DNA of 64,000 nucleotides from the human T2T-CHM13v2.0 reference genome, Homo sapiens: the NCBI RefSeq assembly GCF_009914755.1, contig NC_060930.1. The stretch is one strand, 5' to 3'. Each line of letters starts with the position of its first letter. Position 1 is the first letter of the stretch. The notes below the pieces were generated by a model that was given only the letters and a program-made list of their open reading frames with translations, searched no databases and had not been told where the DNA came from. Of this stretch, positions 13,400-29,240 are shown in pieces. Position numbers and translations under genes: made by a program.

Positions 13400-13800
13400 G
13401 GTGTGCTAGCAGAAAAGAACATGGAGTGACAGGACACTTTCATTGCCCTTAAAGAGCTCCAGGAGACAGACAGACAAATATTTACAGTATGATGTATTGC
13501 AGTGAAAAGCAAAAGAGATTTGATTAGGGAAAGCTTCGGAGAATAGACAACCCTTACAGGAGCAAGGATTAAAGTAATATAGAGTCGTCAGGAAGGTAAA
13601 GCAGGTAGGAGGAAGAAGACTGGAGGCACAGGAAAAGGAAGAAGCATACACAAAGGTGGACAAGATTTATGAGTATGGGATGTTCAGAGAACATCAGTTT
13701 AAATTTGGCTGCAGCAGAAGGTTCAGGTTAAGGAGTGGGGAGCGAGAAGATTTGAACATTTGTCAAGAGCCAAAGAAATTTGAAATGTATCTTCAGTCTC
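13400..13800 (-). mobile_element. L2 LINE fragment
   Basis: ttgcccttaaagagctc...gagacagacagacaaat...agggaaagcttc...gagcaaggattaaag is typical antisense L2. Confidence 0.6.
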
Positions 13801-13980
13801 ACCATAATTACTCCATGAGATGGACAGACTGTACCTGTCTATCAGTCAGCGATTAGTACTCATTGAAGTAACAGAATCAGGGGATTCTCTCTCAACTCCC
13901 ATGAGAGAGTTTGTAATTTCCTGCTTAACCTCATAATGGCTATCAGAAATCCTTAGAGACTATGGAGAAATTCTGAATCT

Positions 13981-14240
13981 TTTTTTTTTTTTTTGAGATG
14001 GAATTTCACTCTTTTTGTATAGGCTGGAGTGCAATGGCACTCTCTCAGCTCAATGAAACCTCCACCTCCTGGGTTCAAGTGATTCTCCTGCCTCAGCCTC
14101 CCAAGTAGCTGGGATTACAGGTGTGTGCCACCACACCCCGCTAATTTTGTATTTTTAGTAGAGGTGGGGTTTCACCATGTTGGCCAGGCTGGTCTTGAAC
14201 TCCTGACCTCAGGTGATCTGCCCACCACGGCCTCCCAAAA
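13981..14240 (-). mobile_element. AluSq/Sp-like, 5'-truncated
   Basis: gagatggaatttcactct...gagtgcaatggc diagnostics; stops at ggcctcccaaa; 13-bp TSD AAATTCTGAATCT at 13968-13980 and 14238-14250. Confidence 0.93.
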
Positions 14241-14269
14241 TTCTGAATCTCATAGGTGGTAAAAGCTAA

Positions 14270-14600
14270 AAATGACCTTAAAACCATCTTTTTAAGGATA
14301 CTGCCAAGTGTGTTACATACAATGTTAGACCTGGAAAATGTAAATTAGAGACCCCTCAGAAAAAATTTGGTGGTCAAAAAGGTTTGAAAACCACTGTATA
14401 TTATATATCCCATTTTAAGATTAAAGCTTCACAAGTATATTAGCATATCAATTAAACTGAAATTGTGCAAAAAATCATTTTTATTCATAATTTAATAGAT
14501 TTTATAATCACATAAAATTTATATTTCCCTTGGTTTGTTTGTTTGTTTTCCCAGAGGATCTTTGAAAGGGGGTCCATTGAATAATACTCTGGAAAAATAA
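14270..14600. mobile_element. MER112-like hAT-Charlie non-autonomous element
   Basis: gtggtcaaaaaggtttgaaaaccactgtatattatatatccc...attagcatat resembles MER112. Confidence 0.4.
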
Positions 14601-14606
14601 CTAATC

Positions 14607-14791
14607 CAGTGCTTCTCAATGGTTGTTTCTGGCCTAGCAGCATCAGTACCACCAGGGAACTGTTTAAAAATACAAATTGTCAGGCCCCTTCCGGACCTAC
14701 TGAATCAGAAACTTTGGGGGTGGAACTAACAACCTATTTTAATAAGTCATCCTGGTGATTTTCATGCCACCCAAAAGTTTGAGAAACACTG
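14607..14791. mobile_element. MER5A (hAT-Charlie MITE)
   Basis: TIRs cagtgcttctcaa / ttgagaaacactg, internal cctactgaatcagaaact, degenerate 8-bp TSD aactaatc/ctctaatc. Confidence 0.9.
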
Positions 14792-16749
14792 CTCTAATCC
14801 AATATAGTTGCACAGGTGAGAATGTTCAGCCCCAGAAAGTTCAAATGCCCCTTCTGCCCCTGCAGGTCAGATTTTCACCTTGGTCATTGTGAGATCTTAG
14901 GCACCCCAAGTTTCAGATTATTCTGCCAATTAATCATCAACTCTCCCTGATGCTCCACAGTGATACACATTTCCAGCATCCACCTTAGAGCAACAGATTG
15001 TACAGTTGCACTCCTTGCAGAGGATTTACTTTCTTATGCTTTGATTCCATATCTCTATGGAGTGTTTATAGCTTGAATGGAAATAATATGTCTTAATACT
15101 GCCTGGGCCCCTACTTTAAAACAAATATGAATAGCAGATCAAATTATAGCATCTTTGTGTACAAAAGTCTTTTGCTATCTTTTATTCAAGAAATTGTTTA
15201 GAAAAGCCCCATGATTCTTCTCCGTAGGCCACCTTGTCTTTGTGAAGTGCTCTGGAAGTAATCTAGCATCATGAAGTATTACTAACAAATTATTAAAGAA
15301 AGGCTACTTAGTGAAGCAAAAAAAAATGAGGGGACTAAGCTTCATAAAATGGGGAAAAACAAATTTAAGTTTCGATTAAGAAAAATAATGGATAAATATT
15401 AGAAAAATATAAGGTAAAGTGATGAAGGACAATTTCATTTGGGTCAGTTTTGCTGTTGTGGTAGTGTTGGTGGTGGTGGTTGTTTTTAACTTTAACATTA
15501 GAAAGAAGATGAGGAGAGAAGTAAAATTTGATTTGGAAAGCAAAAATTGAAACAGAGCATTCATTTGGAATTTGTAAATTTTTATTCTATCAGAGTCATT
15601 GGTGTTCTCTGCCTTTCTAATTGTACACAATTTGAGCAGAAGAAGAAAAGCAAGTCTTCTTTAGCCATTTATGAGAATGTATTTCCACCAGTGTGATTTC
15701 CACTCCAGCTGTCACGAGCTGGGAGGATATATTCCCTCTGTGTAAATTTAAAGAGCCTGGCGGTAACATGAGTGGATGGCAGTAAATAACACTGCCACCT
15801 GCACTTAAATGGAATTTCTGATGTCTTGTTTTTCATTGCTGTCAGTAATGTATCTCACCTTAAAACAATATTTCATCTGACTTATAATGAAAATGATAAT
15901 GTGGCCATGGTTTATTTATGGCATGCATTTCTATTGGCCGGGTTGAGTTTTGTTGTAGTCACATTAATCAAACGCAAAATTGATTTTGGTTCAGCACTGA
16001 AACTCTTCAAAATTACTTTTCAAAAATGATACTTTTTAAAACATAGAGAAAGACACATTATAAAGCCACAAAATTTTTTCAGTATAAGATCAGCTTGATA
16101 ATGTGTTTTTCTTTTATAAAGAGTTATTTATCAACAGTTTTCCAAGAAAAGAGTTTGTTTGTTTGTTTGTTTGTTTTCAGGAAAGATAAGACAGCACGGT
16201 TACATCTACTCAGATGAAATTACAATTTCACTGAAGAAATTTTCTGATTTTAATAAAATAGGAGTTTGTCAGAAACATTTACAATAAGTTATTGGAAGAC
16301 GTTTCTTCCTCTCACACATGCCTAAAGTCCGATCGAAAAATCCTGTTCTGAAAAGTGAATGCAAGCTTGCTTACTGAATGATTCATTGTTAACTTTTCTT
16401 TCAGTGAATGAAAGAGATCAAGAGAACTGAATCTCTAAGCCACTACCCATCTTCATACAGGGTGGAAGAATATACAAGACAGAAGATCTCATTTAACTGA
16501 AAATTTAACTTCGACTTTAATATTCCTAGAGTTTTTCTACACATGAAATATTAGAAAACATGCTACCTTGTATGTGATAAAATTTAAAAATGACATGCTG
16601 CATGTTTAATATTGAATTTATACTCATATTGCATATTCATGATTCATTACACAAATTTATATTTTACAGGTATATAACAGACAGAGTCAATGAGAATTAC
16701 TGGCCATAAAAATAATTTATAGAGTAAAAGGCAAAGTATATTGTTAGTA

Positions 16750-16970
16750 CCGGGGAAGAGCATGCATGTGAATCAAGTTGCAGTGCTTATTACTTGTATG
16801 AACCTTGGGCAAGTTATTTAAACTTTGTTATTCAGTGTTCTCGTCTGCAAACTGGGTATAATAAGTAGCGTCAACTTCACGGGATTGCTATGAAGATTAA
16901 TAAATTAACATTTATAAAGTATTGAAATAAGGCCTAGCATATAATAAGATATAGATTAGTGTTTGTTAAA
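16750..16970 (+). mobile_element. MIR SINE
   Basis: accttgggcaagttatttaaac...tcagtgttctcgtctgcaaactgggtataata...ggattgctatgaagattaa. Confidence 0.85.
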
Positions 16971-17278
16971 TGAAATAAATATATCCGTTGGAGCAAAAAA
17001 GTTGAGTCATTTCTCCCCATTAAAATTATTTCTAGTGTTGTCTCTAATAATTAAGTACTATCACCAATGACCAAAAATGTCACTTTTAGAAAATTCATGT
17101 ATATAACACAAATTTTAATGTTAATAATTTCATTGAGAAGTGCCTTGGCACCTAATTGATGACCTCATGGATTGAAAGATTATGAAAGTGTGAAAGTGAA
17201 AAAGCAAGTATTATATTTTTAGAAAAATAATTTTTGCATTCCCTGTAACCAAAACATTTTTCTTTTTCTTTTTTTTTT

Positions 17279-17769
17279 AAAGTAAGTAAAGGAGGTGTTT
17301 TATTATTTGTTAAATAGCTTCACAAATAATTCATTCTGATTATTCTGTTTTAATTGGCCAAGATACTTCTTACAATTGGGCTAATTCTGTTTCTCTTTTC
17401 TCTTGCTTTGAAGCAGTACAAAACAAGCAGACACCCATGGCCTTTCCATGTCTAAGATGAGTCTAATCTAAATATCCATGAATTATACTTAAAATTATGA
17501 CTGACTAACATGTGCTGAGAATCCTATAACAAAATGATAGCTTTCTTAATATTTGCTTTGAATCAACATTGTTACTAGCTCCTTTGCTAATTGGTTGAGT
17601 GCTTTCTAGATTTAAAAAAACATTAAGTAAGGTGGGATTTTGCATAGATATGCATACACACACAAATACACACACCAACACCCCAAGTTAGACTAGACAG
17701 AAAACAACCCCTTAGACAGTCCCTCAAAAGGCTGGAGCATTAGATGTGCATGCTTCAATCTTCTTTGTG
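17279..17769 (-). other. L1 3'-transduced flanking DNA
   Basis: Lies between two poly(A) tracts (minus strand) inside the TSDs; AATAAA on the minus strand (tttatt 17300-17305) about 21 nt from the distal poly(A). Confidence 0.85.
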
Positions 17770-18534
17770 TTTTTTTTTTTTTTTTTAGATTTTCTTTGAT
17801 TTTTTTTTCTTTTTTTATTATTATTATACTTTAAGTTTTAGGATACATGTGCACAATGCGCAGGTTAGTTACATATGTATACATGTGCCATGCTGGTGTG
17901 CTGCACCCATTAACTCCTCATTTAGCATTAGGTATATCTCCTAATGCTATCCCTCCCCCCTCCCCCCACCCCACAACAGTCCCCAGAGTGTGATGTTCCC
18001 TTCCTGTGTCCATGTGTTCTCATTGTTCAATTCCCATCTGTGAGTGAGAACATGTGGTGTTTGGTTTTTTGTCCTTGTGATAGTTTACTGAGAATGATGA
18101 TAGTGCCACAATAAACATACGTGTGCATGTGTCTTTATAGAAGCATGATTTATAGTCCTTTGGGTATATACCCAGTAATGGGATGGCTGGGTCAAATGGT
18201 ATTTCTAGTTCTAGATCCCTGAGGAATGGCCACACTGACTTCCACAATGGTTGAACTAGTTTACAGTCCCAACAACAATGTAAAAGTGTTCCTATTTCTC
18301 CACATCCTCTCCAGCACCTGTTGTTTCCTGACTTTTTAATGATCCCCATTCTAACTGGTGTGAGATGGTATCTCATTGTGGTTTTGATTTGCATTTCTCT
18401 GATGGCCAGTGATGATGAGCATTTTTTCATGTGTCTTTTGGCTGCATAAATGTCTTCTTTTGAGAAGTGTCCATTCATATCCTTTGCCCACTTTTTGATG
18501 GGGTTGTTTGTTTTTTTCTTGTAAATTTGTTTGA

Positions 18535-19176
<642 letters not shown>

Positions 19177-19329
19177 TAACCAAAGCATTTTTCAAGCTGA
19201 AAGTTGTGTTAAAAATATATTACATTTTCATGACACATAGCAGAGTGAACACTAAAGCAAATACAAAGTACGAATAGGAGATAATGTGAACTCTCAAAGG
19301 ACAAAAATAAATAAATAGATAGATAACTA

Positions 19330-19466
19330 AATAAATAAATAAAATAAGAACTCAAGTATATAAAGATGACCCCAACTTAAGAAAATTGAAATTATTGTTT
19401 GTACATTTCAGTTTTTCAAGTTGGGATCATCTTTATATATTTGAATTCTTATATCATTTATTTATT
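19330..19466. repeat. Long imperfect inverted repeat (hairpin), ~62-bp arms, 12-nt loop
   Basis: 19330-19392 vs reverse complement of 19405-19466: about 7 mismatches and 1 gap by manual alignment. Confidence 0.95.
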
Positions 19467-20104
19467 CTTTATTTCACATTAACCTAAGGATGTTACCTAC
19501 CACAAATTTAACCATTTATTAGAATTACCAGAAAATCTTAAAATAATGTGGCTATGTGATTGGGGGTGGTGGGGAGAGAATCTAAGTGGATTTTATCATA
19601 TAATCAATTTTCAAATGATATACCATGTCATATTGTGAGAAACAGAATAAATAACACACTAGAAGAAATATGCCTTGCTAAAAGGCAATTCTACAAGTGA
19701 TGTATTTACTTCATTTGTGGCTACCAGAATCATGACTGCAAGGTCAGTCCAGATGGCAATGTCTAGATGACGATGCTAGGAGAGGTCCTTGACTTACAAC
19801 TTTAAAAAGCATCAGAAGTGACTACTTAAAAATGTCTGTTTCATCCAGCCTGGCTGTGAGCATGGAAAATGTCTATAAGTGGTCCCTTCTGGGAATTGAT
19901 GTTTTAATAGGTCTGTAAGGACAATGGAGCTTAAGATGTTGGCAAATGTAGTGAAGTGATGGACAACAGACTCTATAAAGGCTAAAGAGGAATTTCTACA
20001 TTTGAGAAAGTAATTCTATTCAGTCTGTACTTGGAAAATATTTGATCTAGTGGAATGGAAAATTTTTCCCTGATATTTTGGCATTTGTTGAAATATTTTC
20101 TAGG

Positions 20105-20930
<826 letters not shown>

Positions 20931-21111
20931 TTCAATAATTTGCTCCAAATACAGAAAGGATGAAAAAAAAAACAGCTAAAAAGAGGCCTGTGATTTCTTC
21001 AAATCCTGAAAAGAAAGAATACTATTAACATTTTGTGTTTATAGTAATCATCATTTCCTTCAATATAACAACACTTAAATTTGGCCTTCTAAGGCCTTCT
21101 AACACATAATT

Positions 21112-22736
<1,625 letters not shown>

Positions 22737-22749
22737 TCAAGGAAATATC

Positions 22750-23719
22750 TAAACTAGAAGAAAATAGGTTCTTGTTATGTAGTGGCAGAAATTTAGCAAA
22801 ACTGCCACCTGCAGTAATGTGCAGTACAGGAATTTACATACTTATGAAAAGATTACCAAGCAGAATATTGCAACTGCCTCCTGGATTTTTCCTGCTGTCT
22901 ATGATAAAATGTGGGAGAAGAGAGCTAAGTTAAATAATATCTTGTTAAATACAAAGACAGAGATCACTAGGCTCAAAAATAAAACTTTCACATTCAAAGA
23001 CTATTCAGATGACAGAATATTCTCAAAGTAAGAAAGTGTCTCAAGCCAAAGATAAAATCCATGGTGAGACAATAAAATCCTTTGCTAAAACCGCAGATAG
23101 AACTAAAATGATGCCTCATGGAGACTTTCAGTCAGATAGCATCCTTTGAGTATACCTCTCAATTAAACAATGGCCCTTCTTTGAATTTCTAAGTATCCTA
23201 AGGACATCTCTCTTCTTTAAACGATACTCAGCTTCAAATACAGGCTATATTTCATAGAAAAAGAAAAATAGAATAATAAGAGGATGAAACCAAGACTCCA
23301 GAGGAGAGAGCCAAGATGTGGGGAATCATTTTCAGGAAGCAGTACTAGATCTCAACAAGAATTAAGATTATGATTAGTTGGATTTCAGAATTACTACAGA
23401 CCAGTGACTCATGTGTGCCTTTTGCTTTCCACTTTTTAAATTAGAATGCCTATTGAAGTTATACAATACTGTCGTAGCATTGTATGTTGCATATGGGGAT
23501 AGAGGGTGCAGATAATTTGTCTCTGTAGTTCACAGGTCTTCGAATCAAGAAGGGGCCTTGAGGAGCTGCACCCAAAGAAATGAACTCAAGTATTGTCATC
23601 TGTACCTGCCTTCATTGAGATGATGAAGCCTTAACTTGTTGCTTTAGCAACACGAGACTTTGGGGATGTCTTGGGAGGAAGTGAGTACATCATGCATGTG
23701 GAAGAAATGTAAATAAATT
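22750..23719 (+). mobile_element. MLT1-int (MaLR internal sequence), 5' part missing
   Basis: ttcttgttatgtagtggcagaaatttagcaaaactgccacctgcagtaatgtg...gatttcagaattactacagaccagtgact...gagactttgggg. Confidence 0.75.
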
Positions 23720-24214
23720 TTGGTCATTTTAAAACCTGACCTAGAAATTCTCTGACACTCCTCCCATCAAAAACTGGGGCCTATATAACATCCCATTAAA
23801 TTTTATTTCTGTGACTATTTGAGCAATAGAATATAGTGGAATTGATGTTTTGCTAGTTTTGGGGCCAAAGCCTTAAGAAACTGGCAGCTGCCACTTCCTG
23901 TTGCTTGGAGTACTTGCTCCTGTAACCCAGGCATCAATCCATGAGGATGCACCCTGTGGAGGTGCCCATATAGTGAGGCCCATGTGGAAAGGAACCAAGC
24001 AGCCCCTGCTCTCAGCCTGAGTTGAGCTCGTGAACAATAGACAGCACCAAATTGCACCCCATGTGAGTAAATCAACTTAGAGGTGGATCCTCCAGTTCCC
24101 AGTGGAGTGGCCCCTGCTGATACTATCTTGAAAAGAAATAAACTTTCTCTGCCTGATCCCATTTCATACCATAATAATTGTGATTTATCTATGCAGTAAC
24201 AGACAACCAAAACA
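23720..24214 (+). mobile_element. MLT1G/H-like 3' LTR
   Basis: ctgacactcctcccatc...gccttaagaaactggcagctgccacttcctg...ends tatgcagtaacagacaaccaaaaca. Confidence 0.8.
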
Positions 24215-25659
24215 TAACTATCACAAGATAAATAATCTTGAGGAAAAGGAAGATGTTTTGGTAGTAAAATTATGAGTGCTACAGAGGGTTAAGAGAATTG
24301 TTATTTTTAAGAAGTAATCTCTCTCTTTGTAGATTTATACTACCCAGACCAGGTGTCTAATAAAATAATCTCTGAAAACCAGCTCTTTTTCTTTTAAAAG
24401 AAAAAGTAAGTACTAGAGAATTTTTAAAGTTTATTCAAAATTCAAGTGGAATCATTAAAATAATGAACAAAAAATAAGAAATATTGATCCTTATATTCTT
24501 GTTGTTCAGAGAGATTGAGTCTGACACACTTTTTATTAGAATAACTAGTACTGGAATCAATTGCATTCATACTGGTAATATTCAAACAAAATATTCATAC
24601 TAATTTTAATGCCCAGAGGTAAAATGATTGACAAGTTCACCTCTATTTTAGTTTTCTTTTCTGACTATGTTATGAAATCAAAGGTAATTTCTCTCTCTCA
24701 TAAAATGGTATAAAGGAAACACACAAGGTTACTCTCCTAGTGCTTCCTCTCCTCCTTCTTCTCTTCTTCCAACTTTTCAAAATGTTAAAAATAACTATAC
24801 ATCCTCAAAATCTAGTTAGAAAGTAATTCATTTGCTCTTCAATATGTTGCCTTTTATAATTAAATTTCAGGTAGAGATTATGCTTTGAGGATGTAAATGT
24901 ATTATTCAACTAAAGACTATTCTATAAAATGTTAATCTTACCATTTTTAATTGAGCGTGGGATGTTTGCCTTGGTCTTTGTGTAAAGTGTGTTTCACGTG
25001 AGGCAGGGAAATCAGTTTTCAATGAGCAAAAATATGTGATATGCTTCTCCTAGGAGGTGTGCAGTTTACCAGTTCCACTTGGAGGACACTGCAGCTGTAG
25101 TGTGATTTAGGTTATAGTCTCAGCCATTTGACATCAACTCTGCTGTTGACCAGACCTTCAGCAGACGTGACAAGAACCACTTGATTTAAAACCCTTTTTC
25201 TATGATGCTCCAGTTCTTGAAGTATAGATTACACTAGATGAAAGGACATTATTCTTTCCCAGTGTAATTCTCAAAGACAACCACTCTGCATTCTCTAAGT
25301 GGGCTCAGTGTATGCCTGAGGAAAAGTGAATTAAGCTTGATGTAGGAAGTAGGCATCAACATACACAATTCAGAAATTTAGGCAAGCAACATCAGTGTTT
25401 CTTTGATTATTCTAAGCATCCTCCAAAACAAAAACAATTTGCCTTCTAAAGCTCATATTATACTGATTATTGGATAATTTAGCTAATGCCTAACATACTG
25501 CATTATTGACATAATTGGTACACCAAGGCACTTTTATGAGTTCTTTTAAAGTGGAGTCCACACACATTAAAAACTGAAGAAGTCACTTAAATTCTGACTT
25601 TCAGTTTTCGTATCTACAAAATAAAAATAATATCAAGTATTTTTATTTTAAAAATGCAT

Positions 25660-25872
25660 AATGAGGATGAAGATAGGTTGGTAAATGAGTGCAAAAATAT
25701 AGTTAGATAGAAGGCATAAGATCTAGTATTAGAAAGTATCGAGTATATCTCAGTGTCTGAAGTAATGAATGTCCCCATTACCCTTATTTGATTATTACAT
25801 ATTTTATGCATGTATCAAAATATCACCTGTACCCCCAAAATATATGCAACTATTACGTATCAGTAAAAATAA
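25660..25872 (+). mobile_element. L1MA-type 3' end inserted in a MIR
   Basis: gatagaaggcataagatctagt...gcatgtatcaaaatatcacctgtacccccaaaatatatgcaactattac; MIR-like sequence on both sides. Confidence 0.7.
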
Positions 25873-26109
25873 TTATTGAGGATATAATGAATATAAAAAA
25901 ACTGGTAAAACATCTGATACCCAACAAATAGTAGCTATTATTATAATTACATGTAATATATAAGAAAAATCTTAAGCTTGTGCTCTAAATCATAGTTCTG
26001 AGTAATATTTTTTTGCTATCACATATCTGTTCTGATATAAATGTTGATAAAAATTACAAGATAAAAGTAAATGGGAGTAAATTAAAAATTGTATTTTTAT
26101 ATAAAAATA

Positions 26110-26745
26110 TCTGAGTGATTACTACAGGTTGAATAAGAATGGAACATTTATAGTTAGTGTGAAGAAGATTTTAGAGGTTTTACCTGACCTAAAATTCAAC
26201 ATGAGTTTATGATATGCTTTCTAACATAGTTTTAGCCTTGTTAATAGAAAAAAATTCAAAATATTTGAAATATGATGTCATCATCATGGACAAAGATGAA
26301 ACACCAGTTTTACTATTGCATTTGTTATGGGTACCAAATCCTAAAAGAAATTTTGACAAATAAGTGTCTGCAGAGAAAGTGAGGGATTTGAAAGTTATTT
26401 ATAAAGAAAGATGAACTCTTATATACTAATATTTACCTTGAATTAAAGAAAAATAAAGGAACAATGATAATAATTGCCTTTAAATATAAGACACAGGAAC
26501 AGATTTTCTTCCAAACAGGCATATCAACAATCAATTGGTAAAAGAATATAGAATATGGTAGGGGTCAGTGATCTTGGGATGATATGATGATAAATAAATA
26601 GTGGGCATTCACTGAGAAGGAAGAATGTGGTTATGTACATGCTGTGTGGAAAATCTCAAGCACGACATGGATGGGAGAAAAATGAAAAAAAACTAGGGAA
26701 CCTTAGGTGATCTCTATGGTGCATTTCACCTCTACAGATATGAAT
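26110..26745 (+). mobile_element. L3/CR1 LINE fragment
   Basis: gaagattttagaggtttt...aaattcaacatgagt...tattgcatttgttatgggtacca...ttgacaaat is typical of the CR1 3' region. Confidence 0.55.
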
Positions 26746-27744
26746 ATTCAAAGGCAAATCTTTTATTTTTCTTTACTTATTTACTTATTTTAGAAAAGAG
26801 AATGAGAATGTGAAACAGATATAGGCACATTGAAAAGTAATAAGCTGCTATGAAAGAGCAAGCATTTGGAGTTATTTAAATCTCTGCTCTGCCTCTGATA
26901 GGCAAATGCCTCACTTTATTTTTTTAAATCATCAATAAAACAGAGAAATTTAGCTTATAAATTTATCTTAACTATTAAATTTGTTACTTTTTAAAGGTAT
27001 GTGGTATGCCTATAAATATTGTTTATTGTAAAAGTATAGCTCCAATGTAAAAGTGTTTGTAATAAAACTATGTGTGTATAAATACATATACATATGAAAT
27101 ACATATTTTCAAGAGATCAATTTAAGAGAAAGAATTATTTAACCTTTCTATAGAAAATAAGTTCTACAAGTTGAAAAATTATCATTAGCATTATAAATAT
27201 ATTTAAAATATACTTGGTTCACAAAGAAGATTTACTCTTCTATTCCTTCCATTAAATAAATAATTCACCATAACCTATTTAAAAGACATTTCCTTTACTA
27301 TCTTATATATACCTTTAAATATATTTTCTTATTTTTCTCACATAAGTGTTTGGAATATTTAGGTAATATATCAACATGATTTTTAAGCTCTCATTGATTT
27401 ATGGAAACCGAACAAGTATTGTTCTAACTTTTTGTCCAAACTTATGCTCAAACATATTATTTTTAACCTTGCATAGAGATAGGAAGATAATTTTGCTGAT
27501 CAAGACTGTGTTTCTTCTTTGCCCTTCCATGAATTCAAAATTCCCATTTTCATCTATATAATTAACAATCATTCCCATTAATCATTGAGTTTGATCATTC
27601 TTATATTTCAGAAAATGCATGAATATATAAAATTATTCATATGAATTCTAATGACAATGTAAAAACCCCTCATTTTAGAATAAAAGTATTTAGAAATTTT
27701 GTTTTTTATGTAAATATCCTTTATTTGAATTTTAAAATTAAGTT

Positions 27745-28390
27745 CATAAAACAACAGTAAGTAAACAAAAAGCCCAATTTAAAAATGAACAAACTATCTT
27801 AACACCTTACCAAAGAATATGTACAGATGGAAAATTAGCATATGAAAAGATGTTCAATATCTTATGTCATAAGGGAATAACAAATTAAAACAACAATGAA
27901 ATACCACTACACACCTATTAGAATGGCCAAAATCCAAAACACAGACAAAACCAAATAACAAGGAGCAACAGGAATTCTCATTTATTGCTGCTGGGAATGC
28001 AAAATGGCACAGCCACTCTGGAGGATAGTTTGGCACTTCCTTACAAAACTAAGCATAAACGTACTATACAATCCAGTAATATGCTCCTTGACACTTACCC
28101 AAAGGAGTTGAAGACTTATGTCTACACAAAAACTTGCACATGAATGTTTATAGTAGCTATACTCATAATTGTTAAAACATGGAAGCAACCAAAATGTCCT
28201 TCAGTAGGTGAATGATAAATAAACTTCCGTCATCCAAACAACAGAATATACTTCAGAGCTAAAAAGAAATGAGCTATCAAACCATGAAAAGACATGGAGG
28301 AAAGGTAAATGCATATTAGTAAGTGAAAAGAGTCTATCTCAAAAGACCACATATGAAGAAAGATACACTTTGGTTGGGGGAAGGAGAGTA
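27745..28390 (+). mobile_element. L1MC-type ORF2 C-terminus/3'UTR fragment
   Basis: aatgaaataccactacacacctattagaatggccaaaatccaaaacac...gagctatcaaaccatgaaaagacatggagg. Confidence 0.85.
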
Positions 28391-28449
28391 AAATGAACAC
28401 CTGACTTTTCCTCAGTCCCATCATCAGACTTAGCTCATTGAAATCTGGT

Positions 28450-29240
28450 GCTAGCCCAGCCCCCAAATATCAGACTCCAGGCTGGCATCTACAGACCAAG
28501 CCTTTAGGCCACTTTCACAGCTAGGCCAGCCCCCACAACCTCAGGCTCCAGAATAGTAGCTGTGGCCCTAGTATTCAGGCCTGCCACAAAGTCAGGTTAG
28601 CCCTGGTATCCCCAAGGGTAGTTTCCACAAACTTAGGTTCCAGTCCAATGCCAGGTTCCAAGCAGGCCTTCATGGCCCCACAACCCAGAAGAGTCAGGTC
28701 CAGGCCTACCCTAGTAGACTCCAGCACCAGACAGGTCCCTCAAGACCTATGGTTCCTGGCCCCACCACAGCTTTAGGTAGGTTCTCCATGGCCTCGGCCT
28801 CAGCCTCAGATCAGAACCCCCACAACCTAGCCTCTAGACAAGAAACCACAGACCCAGGCACACAGACCTGGGATAAATGCCTTCCCAAGAACCAGGCTGG
28901 TCCTAGGTTGGAGTTTACAGGGGCATTTCTAAAACCTGTGCAAACTCAAGCTCAAGAACTACTCAGTACCAGGCCAGCCTCCATGGATCCAGGTTGTAGA
29001 CATACCCCTGTAGAAACAGGCTCCAGGCCCATCCCCATCGACACAGGCTCCAGCCTCAATACCAGGAACCCAGTTGACAGGCCCCCTCCAGTGGACCCCA
29101 GCACCAGGTCTGTCCTCATAAACCTAGGATCCAGGCCCACCCCAGTGGACCCAAGTCCCAGACTAGCCTTAATGAACTCAAGTTCCCAGACAACCCTTGT
29201 GGACCCTGGTGCCAGTTCTGCCCACGTGCTGACCAAGGCA
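28450..29240 (+). repeat. Degenerate ~27-bp tandem array in the L1M 5'UTR
   Basis: Recurrent unit ~ccaggcccaccccagtggacccaggct; ORF translation shows 9-aa periodicity. Confidence 0.75.
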
